Source: Vicugna vicugna (taxonomy: Eukaryota). From it: a stretch of 64,000 bases of DNA. The DNA is taken from contig MU058000.1 in assembly GCA_013265495.1 (NCBI GenBank), forward strand, positions 620,001 to 684,000, in the 5' to 3' direction. Positions 29,557 to 42,094 of the stretch are shown piece by piece; position 1 is the stretch's first letter; every line of letters begins with the position of its first letter. The notes below the pieces were generated by a model. That model was given only the letters and a program-made list of their open reading frames with translations, made no database searches and was not told where the DNA came from. The position numbers and the translations under genes are program-made.

Positions 29557-30396
29557 TAGATTACTTCTAAACTCACTTCCAGCTAATAAGTCTAAGTCTC
29601 TGCATATCCCAGTCTAAAAACAGTTAGGGTTCTCCCTAGGGTAACAAAGGACTACTCTTCAAGAGCCTAAGTTTTGTCTGGTTAATCTCTGTAAAGTGGG
29701 CACCTAGCATAGCACATAGTACAAAATAGGCTTATGCACTGAATAAAACATTCAGACTATTATATAGTGAAGCTCCCAAACAGTCTATCATCTGAATCTT
29801 CCACAATTCTTTCCCCTATTCTGAAACAAAAGAAAATCTAGTTCTTGTAAGCCAAAAATCAAAGGGAAAAAAATACTATTAATGCCTTAAGAAACAGTTT
29901 TTAGATCATAATTTTCTAAACTTAGTATTTCAGATTTATCATTTCCAATTGGTCTACCTGCTGCAATGTGACTCATCACTTCAACGAAGCTTCCATGATA
30001 ATGACAAATATTAATGAATACCTATTATGTGCTAAGTGCTGGGTACCACAACTCACCTACCTAGCCTCCTAAGCCCATGATCTTTGAATCAGAATCCACC
30101 ACAATACCCAATCAATGTTGTCAGTTTTCCCTCAGAAGAATTGTTCCAATCTATCCCTATTATTATTGCCCCTTTTAAGTCCTTTCTTCCCCGAGTACTA
30201 TTGCAAAAGGTAACGACTGAGCTCACTGAACTTCCTACATTAAGTCACTCATTCTACAAATAATTAGAGTATCTCCTATACTAGACACTGTTAGTGGCAT
30301 TCACAACTGGCAGTGAACATATCTGACAAAAACCTTTGCCCTAACTGAGCTTACATTTTAGTGGAAACTTGTCCTTCCAATCTATCCTCTATCAAT

Positions 30397-30575
30397 CAGT
30401 AGTCCTCAAAATGTGGTCCTGCACCAACAGAACCAGCATCACCTGGGAACTTGTTAGACATACTAATTCTCAGCTCCCCCACCCCTACCCACTGGCCCCG
30501 ACTCAGCAACTCTGGGGAATCTGTTTTAATAACCTGTCCAGGTTACTCTGATGCACACTAAAGTGACAACTGATG
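30397..30575. mobile_element. MER5A-like DNA transposon relic
   Basis: cagtagtcctcaaaatgtggtcc...cagcatcacctgggaacttgttaga...gatgcacactaaagt. Confidence 0.75.
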
Positions 30576-32605
30576 CTTTAAAGTCTAAGCCACTGTGTTT
30601 CAAACTGCAGAATGTAACCCATTAGTGGGTTCAAGCAATTTGGTTTTGTTTTTTTGTGTGTTTTTTTTGGTAAATGCAATCAAGTTAAAAAAAAAAAAAA
30701 AGTCAGACTGTACCCTTATCAAGTGAGGCTTTCGGGAGCCGAAGCCTAAAAAATCTGCATTTTTAACTAGTACCTCAGAGAATCCTTCTCACGCTAAAGA
30801 CCAAGCTCATTAACATAGTAAGTTAACTCTTGGCTACTATAACTTGCACTCTGTTTTCCAAACTACTTGTAGTTCCCTGAATATAGTATACATATCTCCT
30901 GTCTGAATCTTAGTAAAATGCTTACGATTGGAAGTCATCACACACAATTCCCCAAACAATGCAAATGCAAAGTCACACAGCCTCAAATAAATCGCTCACT
31001 GGCTCTATACCTTAGGAACATTTCTATTGGTACACTTTTCACTCTAAGTCTACCTTCTCTACTAAAGTATGAACTCCTTCAGGTCAGAGACTATGTCTTA
31101 TTCAGGAACTAACAAAATCACTAAGAACTTACCAAATATTAAACATTAATTTCAAAGAAGAGAATGGAAAACAAACTACTGTTTTCTAGGGTAGTGTTTC
31201 TCTATAAGGATGCTACTGACATTTTAAGCAAGACAACTCTTTATTTACAGGGTATTACTACAGAAGTGTAGAGGAAATGCAATATTCCTGGCTCTAGCCT
31301 ACTAAATACCAAAAATGCCCACTAGTCATTATGATGAGCAAACATGACCCCCCCACACCTCTAGCAGCTTTTCAGGGGAGTAGGAGAAGGGGTTGTTGGA
31401 GTAGCAGTCCACTGATACTCCATATTTACAAAGCAACAAATACTGTTCCAGGGTAATGTGAAAAATACAATATTACCATACAAATATTTAGCATTAAGCT
31501 TATATTATCAAATAATGTAAAGTTCAAATTAGTTGCATATTTTGTTTCTCTCCAATTTCATTTTTATGTAATTTTATTTATCAAAATATTCTTTTTAAAA
31601 TATCAGTTTAAAATAAACAAAGAATGTAATACTGTTTTGGAAACAATAATCATTTAATACTCCTGAAGACTACCAAGAATACTGAATTGTGATTTACTTA
31701 TTTATTTTGCTTCAAAAACAGGGAGAACTCTTTTTCTCCTCATTTTTATAGTAGTATTCTTTTCCCCCCAACACAGTAGCTATTATTTCTGGCAGTCTTA
31801 CTTCAGCAATCTTTGGCAGGTCTCTGAAATTACACATGGAGAAAATTCATTTTCTGTTCCCAAAATGCATCAGATCTACATCTGTACATCACGTTTACTA
31901 GACTAATACTCGATTCTTACCATGCACTTGTTAAGTACTTTACATGTACAGATTCATTTTTCACAAACATTCTTTAATACTATTATTTCATTTTCACAGA
32001 CATTATCATCATCTCCTTTTTACTGAAAAAGAACCTGAGGAAGAAGTCAGGTATCTTATCCAAGATCACCAACTAATAGCTGGCAAAACCAAGATACAAT
32101 CCAGGCAACCTGACTCCAGAGTTCCCAGTTAGAGATGAACCCTGAGAGTGTAGAGTGAATGTCTTTTAAATTTTGGACCCTAGGCACCTCACTTGCCACA
32201 CCCCAATTCCTCACTCTGGTCCAGTTTCTAATCTCTAAATTATACTGCTACTAACAGAGCAGGTCTAGTCACAACTCTGGTACCTTACTTACCTGGAGAC
32301 AAAAGTTCAAGTCTCTGCTACTTGCTAAGTGACCTTGTCAAAGCATATTCCCTGAGTCTCTTTTGATCTATAAAATGTGATTAGGTCTGCTGCTTCCTGG
32401 CACTATGCTGGGCTAGAAATTCTGAAGGATTCTACCTTCACAAAGCATCTAGCTCCTAGATAAAATGTAAGACAACTGCATTTCTGGACTTCCTAGAAAT
32501 GACGTTGAGGGACAGAGGTTTCCCCAAGGGCAAATGAAGTGGAATAATGCATCACTGTTCAACTTATGATCCAAGTATTTATATACAACTAGAGCATATT
32601 TAGAA

Positions 32606-32810
32606 TAGTGGTTCTCATTCAGGGGTGGGTTTGCCCCCCAGGGACATCTGGCAATGTCTGGACACATTCCTGGCTGTCAGAACTGAGGGGTGCTACTGGC
32701 ATCTAGTGGGCAGAGGTCAGTCATGCAGCTAACATTCTACAATGAACAGGACAGCCTTCTACAACAAAGAACGGGTCCAAAATGTCACAGTGCCAAGGCT
32801 GAGAAACCTG
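32606..32810. mobile_element. MER20-like DNA transposon relic
   Basis: tagtggttctca...ccccagggacatctggcaatgtctgga...gtgccaaggctgagaaacctg. Confidence 0.8.
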
Positions 32811-33137
32811 ATCTTGAGACATATTAACCGAGTTTAAGATTTGCCTCCAATTGAGAAAATTTTTGTAACTTTATTTTACTAAAAAAAAAGAGGCCATGTT
32901 TTGTATCTCCCATTGTACTCACTATTTGGATACAGGTAGGTTTGACGGTCTAGAAATCAGGATGATTTTATCATTCACTTTGAAAAGGATTTCTAGGCTG
33001 TCATTCCCACCTATAGCTATTTACCTATCCAAAACACAATTCACATTCAAATACAGATTATTGAAACTCAAGTGGTAACGTGTATGAATACTAAATCATT
33101 AACCTGGAACTAACACAGTGTTGTAGGTCAATTATAC

Positions 33138-33230
33138 AAAGAAAGAAAGGAAGAAAGTGAGAGAGAAGGAAGGAAAGAAGAGAAAGAGAAGGAGGGAAGG
33201 AGGGAAGGAGGGAAGGAAGGAAGGAAGGAA
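33138..33230 (+). repeat. Purine-rich (GAAA/GGAA/GGAG)n simple repeat, probably the tail of a tiny L1 3' remnant
   Basis: Almost pure purine tract preceded by acctggaactaacacagtgttgtaggtcaattatac. Confidence 0.8.
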
Positions 33231-33569
33231 GTCAAGACTATTTTATGTGTCTTTTCTATCCCCAACAATTCATATAGTAAAGGAGGCCCACAGTATAAAG
33301 AGAGAATTTTGAGAATCAGGTTTAATTTTCTGAAATCACCTTCCTTCCAGCGTTATCTAGGTAAATTTTAAATTATAGGCACTCTCATTACTCATCTTAA
33401 TGGATAATCTAACTCACCACTGTATCCTTCACAGCTGTATGGAGGTTTTCAGTAAGTTTGTAAAAGAGCCAAAAAGAGAGGAGATAGGGGCTAAAGCTAA
33501 TAACAAAGTCCTTTAAAAACCACAAACTATGAAATTAATGTTAGTTTTCATTACAAGACTATCTAAACC

Positions 33570-33765
33570 TGTAGGGTCCAATAAAGTAGCCACTAGCCAC
33601 ACATGGTGATTTAAACTGAAATTAACTGTAATAAAAATTCAGTTCTTCAGTTCCACTAACCGCACGTCAAATGTTTACTAGCAACATGTAGCTAGGGGCT
33701 ACCATACTGGAGGACACAGATACAGAACATTTTCGTCACCACAGGAAGTTCTGTTGGATAGTGCT
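33570..33765. mobile_element. MER3/MER33-like DNA transposon relic
   Basis: gtccaataaagtagccactagccacacatgg...ctgttggatagtgctg. Confidence 0.65.
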
Positions 33766-34749
33766 GACTGTCGAACTGTTAAAACTAGGGCACATTCTGG
33801 AAATTCTAATGAGATCCTGAAGAAATTTAGTGCAGAGAATTAAAATAACATAAACTCATTTCAATCTAATAGTTTTAAATTTAAATCCAGCTACAACTCA
33901 GAATAGAAGAGTATGCCCCATTTTTAAAAAACAACAAAAACCTTAAACTACTTTGTTCAGTTAAATTCTGGAGCCACATCTGTTGTTAACCAGTTTATTT
34001 ACTGAATGCCAATTACATATGCCAGGCATTAGTGTAGAGGCTGAGGATTCTAAGCTGAGTTAAGTCACAATTTCTGTCATTTAAAACCAACCATTACGCA
34101 AAAACTAGTGTGTAACCTATAAAACATATATTATTTACATATCCTATTATACAAATTTTTATACGTATATTTCTTCTAAAAAAGTCATATGTAATAAAAC
34201 TGCAGGTAGAGCTATTTGGTCTCAAAAACAATTCATTCTCTTTAGAGAGAATATCTCAACTCTGTTGGGACCAGCAGGAAAGATCAACTCCAGATTCTGA
34301 AAAGCAAAAGCAGGTAAGGTAACAAACAACTTGGACTGACCACTAGTTTGACCTAGAGTAAAGTCTTTGGGACTGATTTTCTACACCGAAAAATGTTGTC
34401 CCTTGTACATAAGGTCATAGAACTACAAGGACAACCATTATAAAAGGGTAACAAATTGTAAAATACTCATTCCACATAATACTAAGGAATCAAAATAAAC
34501 TTACTCTCTTATTACTCGTATCTCTGGAGGGGATACTTTATGTGTCTGAGTAGTTTATATTGCTGTTTTTCCAACTCATGTCTCAGAGTTGGCATTCCTT
34601 CATTTGTATTTTTAGATACCTAATCTTCACTTTCAGTAATGATTACATTTCTCTCAAGGTAGATAAGTACTTTCTCATCTCATTCTCATGAACTATGATT
34701 CCTTATTTGTATATACCTCGAAAGAAGCTCAATATTCAATTTCTAAGCC

Positions 34750-35570
34750 AGCAGTTTTAAAACTGTTCTCAGGATCCTTTATCACTTTCACAAATTAATA
34801 AGGACCTCAAAGAGCTTTTATGAAATTATAACTAAGATTTTTTTAAAAAATGTTTACTAATTATTTAAAAATAACAATATATCCTTTACACGTTAACATA
34901 AAGAACATGTTTTTAATGAAAATAACCATATTTTCTAAATAAAATCTAATGAGAAACAAAACAGCTGGATTTTTATATCTGCTTCTGCTGTTCACTTTGT
35001 TGTTTTGGTTGAAGCATATGAAGAAAATCTGCCTTCCCACAGCCAAGTAGTTGGGAAGGGAAAAGGTATTTTATGTGATAGTTTCTTAAAAGTTAGCTGC
35101 AGTGTACAATCTGAAACCATATACCAGTGAACTTTCATACTCTTCGATTAAAATCCATTGATTTATCTTTCACTCTGAAGGCATTTTGCAACATCATGCA
35201 TTCATCATTTGGAGAATATGAGTTCAGTGAATTATGCAGATACTCCAAATGTTAACACATTTCATTACAGAATATCAAACAATCACAGGTCTTAATATCA
35301 ACACCGATCTCATCTCAAACTTTAAGTAAAACATCTTTTTAATATTCAGTGCATCAAAATGGGAAGCATGCATAAGGCACTTCTGCTGCATATGAGCAGT
35401 TAATCTCAAGGAAAAACACTTGTGCGTTTAACTGGTCATTTTTTCCATAGAACACACATTCACTGGAAATACGACAGACATGCTATGATTATTCAGACTC
35501 AAGCCCAACCTCATGGACCACCTGGAAGAGCCTATGGGGAACTTCAGGGACCATACATTGAAAATCACTG
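34750..35570. mobile_element. Charlie-family DNA transposon relic
   Basis: cagttttaaaactgttctcaggatcccttt-like start, gaggacctcaaagagctttt, end ggaccatacattgaaaatcactg. Confidence 0.5.
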
Positions 35571-36267
35571 TTCTGAGCAATAAAGCAAAAATATTTCGTG
35601 ATTCTCTGAGTCATTACAACACTAGGAAAACACAAATGCTTAATAAAAGTATCTTAAATCTAAGTAACCTAAGTACGCTTAAATCTAAGTAAATCTAAGA
35701 AAACAGAAAACCAGCTCCCAAAGTAAAATTTATTATATAAATTGGCCCACATAGAGAATTGGACCCCAGAACATGAAATTCTTTTATCAAGCACTTATTC
35801 AATCTCCACAACATAAACACACTTTAGCACATAGGTACATTACAGCATAAACACATTTTAAAACAGGTACATTAAGGTCACAAAAAAAGAAAAAGGAAAA
35901 CAACTTACAGGTATGTAAAGTAGTTAGACCATAAATGGATGTTAACTATCCATTAATAATAGTTAATGCTACTGCCAGGTACTGGGCTAAGTAAGCACTT
36001 TATTTATTTACTACATTTACTCCTCAAAACAAACCTAAAAGGAAAGTACCATCAATTTCCATCTCACAAATAAGGAAACTGCAATGTAAGTATTTTGCCC
36101 AAGGTCAGAGGAAGAATGGATGGGAAGAGTTGGGATTTAAAACCAGCACACTTCACTTAACTATACTGCTTCCTGTAACAAAGTCAAATGTTCACCGTAT
36201 ACAAAAATTGTGGGTTAGTCTCTGGCTGAAGAAAATGTTTTAAAAAAAAAAGGAGGGGCAGACTCAC

Positions 36268-36369
36268 AGTTTTTAGTTCCATCAGAACTTGCTCATCGAC
36301 TCCATCATCCAAAAAGATGTCTCTCACATCATTAATAACATCTTCAATCACAGATCTATACAATTTAGG
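36268..36369 (-). CDS. GTF2A1: GTF2A1 exon 2 (PKLYRSVIEDVINDVRDIFLDDGVDEQVLMELKT)
   Basis: 102 nt; acceptor TTTAAAG, donor GTGAGT; conserved TFIIA N-terminal helical region. Confidence 0.98.
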
Positions 36370-39300
36370 CTTTAAAGGAAAAATAAAAGACGGTTGAAAA
36401 ATGTGTAACAAGTTTTTACAAATTCAAAGCAAACTAAATGTAATACAATAGTCATTTTTCCAACTATCAAAAACCTATTTTAGAAGATACAACTTAAGAG
36501 ATACGGCCATCCTAATAATCATGATTTGCTTTAGTTAACTTATTAGACTGCATGTTTTAACGGAAGTTTTAAACTATTTAATGCAATTCATATCCAGAAG
36601 ATCCTTAAGCATACAAGGTCCACACAATTTCCAGTTATAATTTTTATGTTGTTATAGCCAAAACATTTAATGCGATCCAACAATATAGCTTTATGGGTTG
36701 CTATGTCTGGTTCCTATTATTCCTTTGCTTGGTTTTAATCTGTTATATCTTTTAACCTCACCACTCAGTTGTAGCCTTTAGAGAACCTTATGTCTTCCCT
36801 GGTAATAATCTGCAACTCAATGAGCATTCACATTTAAAAAATCACCTAATTTCTGTTTTTTGTTAGCCAGTCTGTACCTTTCACCCACACCATTACGTTG
36901 CTCATATACCCACAATTAACAGGTCTCAAACTCCCAGAGGAACAGGACACGATGATTCTTGCCCAGGACTTCTCTCCTACCACTGCCCAGATGATGCTAT
37001 GGAGCAGAATCAAGAATAGCCTCGATATTTATTTTATTTTATTGTTGGCATTCCTTGGGGGGAAGGAGGAGAAGCTTGCTTTCAGAAGGCTGCCAGAAAA
37101 ATGAGAATAGGTATGAAAGCACTTTCAAAGTATATAAAGTATTTCTGAAAAACCAGAATTCGCCCAACCCACATCCCACTTTTTAACATGTTACACAAAA
37201 GGAAGTTTGCATGTCAGAGTGTAAAACCAGAACTGCATTGTTATAAATCCTATCCATTATCACAGAGTTAACAGCCTTTTTCTTTTAATGCTGTGTCATT
37301 ATTTGTGTTTTATATCTTGCTTAAGGTAAAAGTTACTGGTTACTCAATAAAACCAAGGGTTTGCTCTCATAAGCAAATCTCAAACAAAAGTGAATGTTTC
37401 ATTAGAACCTCTATGAGCAATACTGTTATCATAGGGAAACCCTCTAAGAAAGTGTGTCCTTGCTTAGCCAAAAATACAAATGAGTTCATCCCTACAATTT
37501 ACTTCAACCATTAAAAACTCTTTATTTCTTTTCACTACAACCAGAAAAACAATTCATGTACCTAGGTTCTTGCCTTTGCTGTTTCAACCACTAACTTGCT
37601 TTTTTATTTTGCCAAATCTATCCCTGTGAACTAAAATTAATGTGTAAAATGTGCATCTCTACTGTGCCTCCTTAAACATTCTGATTCTATAAGGTTAAGT
37701 ATCACCTTATCTATGGCGATTTAACTACTGAATTACAAAAATAATTTATAAAATGTTTTCTAAAATCAATGACTCTTCAAGGCATTATAAAGAGGTAATG
37801 TAAATTTAAACTGGCAGTATAAATCTTAAATTGGTGACGTAAGTTATTTTTTCAGCAGACTAGATGTTTCAATGTTTTTGAAGTCAGTGACCCCTAAAAA
37901 TATTCTGCTTGGAGATTCAGACATTTGTAGGTATAATGTTGCTTTCTTCTGGCACTCCCTACTTAATGAATCAATCCTGCTTTAAGACTTTGCTTTTGTC
38001 CCTTAATAAACCCACAACTTGACCATTTAATAGGTTTACAAGCACTACAGTTGATGGAAAGGAAATGTGCATTTCCGTCCAAAATACTGTAAGTACACAG
38101 GCATTATTTGAAATAAGCAATCTCCAAATCATTATTTAAAAATCCAAACCTTTCTTGATGCAAAGTTTTTGCCTTTTATGAAATACATAGTAATTTAGGA
38201 GGTTTGCCCTGGTTTTCAGAAACCAGATACTCTAATGATTAATTAAAGGGTTTCTTTCCAAAGTCTTAGTCCCTGGTGCAAAACTGGAAAATACATTGGA
38301 TTAATGTCTATATCGGATATCATATTAATATCCAATGCAATAGAAACGCCATCCACTTAGAATTTTAATTTTTTAAAACCCAGTTTGCACTAAGCCTTCT
38401 CACATTACTCACAATTCTCCTACCACATAAATGTACTGCAGACATAAGATCCTACAGGTCAAAGCTTTAGGTACTTAACTATTTCTTTGTAAAGCTCTGG
38501 GTCTCCGACATTTATTACAGCAAAACTTAATGAAGTATTAGGAGCTACATTTTTAATCTATTACCTGAATAGTTGAAGAACAAAACCCTACCAAAGTCAA
38601 GTCCCCTACAGCTAACAGTTAATGTACAAAGCCTTTTTTTAAATTCCCGACAATAATGCACGCATCTTCTAATACGAGAACGATTAGACATCTGAGCTAA
38701 AATTCTTTTAAAAATAAAAATAAAATTAAAAATGACAGCAATTCTGTTTTCCCCTAACGAAGACGGCAAATCCCAGCCGCTTCATCAAAACAAAAACTTG
38801 AGGCTCTGAAAGCAGCCCCAGATGGGTACGAAATTACAGTGTACGTAAGGGACCTAGAAATAAATTGAGCTCTGCACGCGCCAGCCTCTCGCCTCGGGAG
38901 CACGCACCTCCCAGCCCCGCTCTCAGCAGCTCTCACTATTTAAAGCCGGATCTGGTGTTTAAATGGAGTGGCGGTGACGTAGGCCTGAAAAGCACCTTCC
39001 CATCCTGGCAGAGTCTATATTAGAGAGCGGCAATGGCTCTATATAAACAGGGCAGCCAAAGGGAGGAGGACCACAAGGCTCAGGGACTGAAAAGCAGGGT
39101 AAGCGGCCGCAGCCATGATGGATCGACCCGAGTCGTCAACGGTACGGAGTCGGGCGGCCTCGGGCTGCATTTGGGACCGGGCAAAAACGTGTTTTATTGT
39201 CATAATAAAAATAAGAGTGGGGTGGACTAGTGATCACATTGCGTTGGGGACTGAAAAGGTTATTTATGTGACTGCTTTTTGCAAACCTACATGATCGCAA

Positions 39301-39599
39301 GTAACCAAAAAGGGACAAACGGTGAGAAGTAGGCAAATTTCAAGGCGAAAGCGGGGCACTTTGACCACTGTAGCCTTTGTTTGTTTTGGTGCTTTTGCTA
39401 GTCGAAGATACGATGGGGGGTTTGCTTCCCCTTCGCCATTTTACCGATTCGGAAGGAGCCGAGATAAGTGCTTTTCAACCTTCGTCCTTTTTTTTTTTTT
39501 AAATGTAAAATGGCCCCAGTGAACGCTCCCTAAGCACAGCCGCCAGAACACCCCCAAGTAACCCCAAAGTAGACATTAACCTTCCACTGCATTAAAGTG

Positions 39600-40920
39600 G
39601 ATCGCGGTGGGTCTTGGGGATTCGCCTAACTCCCCAGACACGGTTTTTGTTTTGAGGCTGTTCCGGGAGCCCTTCTCGAGCCAGCGAGGTCGGGCCCGCT
39701 TCGGGGAGAAGCGGCGGCTCCCCTCCCGCCCTCCCTCCTGGCTGCCGGGGTCTGGGGCCCAGGCCCCGCGCTCGCCAGTCCCCGCCCCCGCCCGGTCCGG
39801 CCGTTGCTGCCGCCTGAACGAAGCCCCCGCCGGCCACCGAACCACGTCCTTACCACGGTGTTTGTATTTGCCGAGTTCGCCATTTCCACACACAACACAA
39901 ACAAGAGGGGGGCAACCCCGAGAAAACAAGATAAAAACAAAACAAAAAAAAAACCAAAACACCCGGAGGGTGACCCAAGCCACCACAAAATTAAGGGGGG
40001 AAAAATTCAAACAAAATTGGATCCTGACGGAGGAGAGGGGAGCGGCGACAGAAGGAGGAAGAAGGGGAGGAGGGGGGCAGTCCTCCCGGAGCTAAAACTC
40101 GAGAATCGCCCTTAAAAAAAAAAGGCCACGACCCTTTAGGGGTCCGGGGGGCGTTGCCCGCTCCCCACCCCGCGCCAAGGAGGGAAACCACCACCGGTCG
40201 CCGCTCCCAGCGCCGCCGCTGCCGCCACCGGCTGCAGCTCCAGCCGTCCGGTCCGCCCGCTTCTCCCCTTTATATAGTGAGCCAACGAGCTGCGCGAGCC
40301 GCCGCTGCCGCCGCCGCCGCCGAGAGACAGGGCGGAGGGGGAGGGAGGGGCGGAAAGGGAGGGGGCAGAGGTGGGCGGGGCTGAGCGCGAGACACCGCGA
40401 GAACCGCGTGCGCAGGCGCGCCGGGGCGGAGGCTGCCGCGGATCGCGTCATCACGCGCCGTGGAGAGTGTTGGGTGGGCGGGGCCAGGGATTTGAGTAGA
40501 GAAGTCTGACGGCCGCCTCCCCAAGTCTCGCGTAATCACGTGGTTGGCACCCAGGCGGAAGTCTCCTGCCACTGCTTTGGGATGAGGAACTTGCAAAGCA
40601 TTGCTGGAAGAGGCGTGAGTTCTTGTGACACTTGAGGCCAAAGCTAGTTGGGACCGCCTCCTGTCGGGCGTTTATTTGCTGTCCCGCGCTGGAGAGGGGC
40701 TAGTAAATGTGGAAGGGGTGGTGGCGACAGCCTCGCTAGGAATGGCCGCGGAGGAGGCTCGGTCACGTGGCACAGTTTCCGGCCCCTGGCGCGTTCGGAC
40801 TAAGGGCAGTTTTAAATGCGGAGTCATGCGTGACCGCTCAGGTCGGACTCCGCGTTTCCAGGCGTTAGTGCCTGTTGCTGAGGGTGGGCCTTTTGCTTGC
40901 AAAATTGCGTACGAGTTCCT
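39600..40920. promoter_or_regulatory. CpG island / GTF2A1 promoter and 5' UTR
   Basis: High GC and CpG density; TATATAAA on minus strand 40276-40269; GGGCGG boxes; NRF1-like TGCGCAGGCGCG 40409-40420; CACGTG 40537-40542 and 40764-40769; ETS-like CGGAAGT 40556-40562. Confidence 0.88.
39854..39883 (-). CDS. GTF2A1: GTF2A1 coding exon 1 (MANSANTNTV)
   Basis: ATG at 39883-39881; 30 nt matching the TFIIA alpha/beta N-terminus; donor GTAAGG follows; lies in a CpG island. Confidence 0.97.
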
Positions 40921-42094
40921 GAAGGATGGAAGCTGATTTGGGACCCCCATTAGCACATTCCAAAATTAATAATCCCTGAAGTCAGCTGAGTTATCTGTCT
41001 CCACCAGTACAGCTACAGAATCTGTTGGTTTCCGTTCCCCTAAAGAACTACTAAATGACTTCTTAAGGTGGTAGAAATGACAAAAAACAAACCACCACCG
41101 AGTTTATGACAGCACGACTTTTCCTGGTTTTTTAAATAATGCCAAAATTCGGTGACTTTATGTGGCCAGCACATTCTGACTAACCTGTGAAATACCTTCC
41201 CTTGACTCACCAACTCACATGGTCTCTCCTTGCGAAAAGAGCAGGCAGAACACGTCCATGTCTTGCAGTGTAATTCAATAGGCGTTTGACCTGCTCTGCT
41301 AATCCCGCTTTTGTATCGGTATTTCTCGCAGAACAGAGACTGCTCTGTTTAGAAGGCAGAGCTCACAGTACCTAATTTTCTTGTCCTGAGGAATTTCTAG
41401 AGACGTGGAATGTAGTCGGTACAAGTGAGGGAGTTTATCCTCAAAAGTCAAAGCAAAACAAAATGTCAAAGTTCTATGCCTCTGAAGCCAGATTTGAGGA
41501 CTATCAGTTGCTTCTCAGTTCCTTGCACCGTGGGATGTTGCGGGGGCCGGGGACAGTGAAAGAGAAAAGCAAACAAACGAAATCATAGTGTTTCTTTGTT
41601 ATATAAACTTACCATTCTATCAACATTTGTAATTGATTTAATATTCTGGTGACTGTTAGCCCGGAAAGTTGTACTAAACAGCTTTCGCTTCATGTAATTT
41701 TAAGAGAATTGGTTACCACCTTATATGAGTACCTACTGTTTGTACATGGATTCCCTCACCTTCCACCTCATTTTCTTCTCTTCCGCTTGATATTATTACT
41801 AAATGATCAAATGTTTTGCTATCAGTGAAGATTAAGATCAGTGCAAACAGGACAGGGGACAGAACCTATGAGATTTACGCTCCACAGAATTATTCCTGAG
41901 CGGATTGATGACAGGTGTGTTTTGATTGGGTGTGACCTATGAAATAATGGGATATACTTATTGGATTGAAAAGGGAGAAAACTCAGTCCTAGCCTCGTTA
42001 AGACCTTCAGACTCTTTGGAGGCTCTGAGTCAGCCTCTCTTTACAAACTCTAAATTACAACAAGTAATATTTACCTAGATTTCTTTGGTGGTTC

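Noticed and set aside
39884..39988. Hydrophobic in-frame TTG-initiated extension of GTF2A1 resembling a signal or membrane segment
   Set aside because: Expected by-product of a U-rich 5' UTR; no evidence of near-cognate initiation
39576..40956. Many 60-160 aa ORFs around the promoter
   Set aside because: Stop-poor CpG island with low-complexity Arg/Gly/Pro translations
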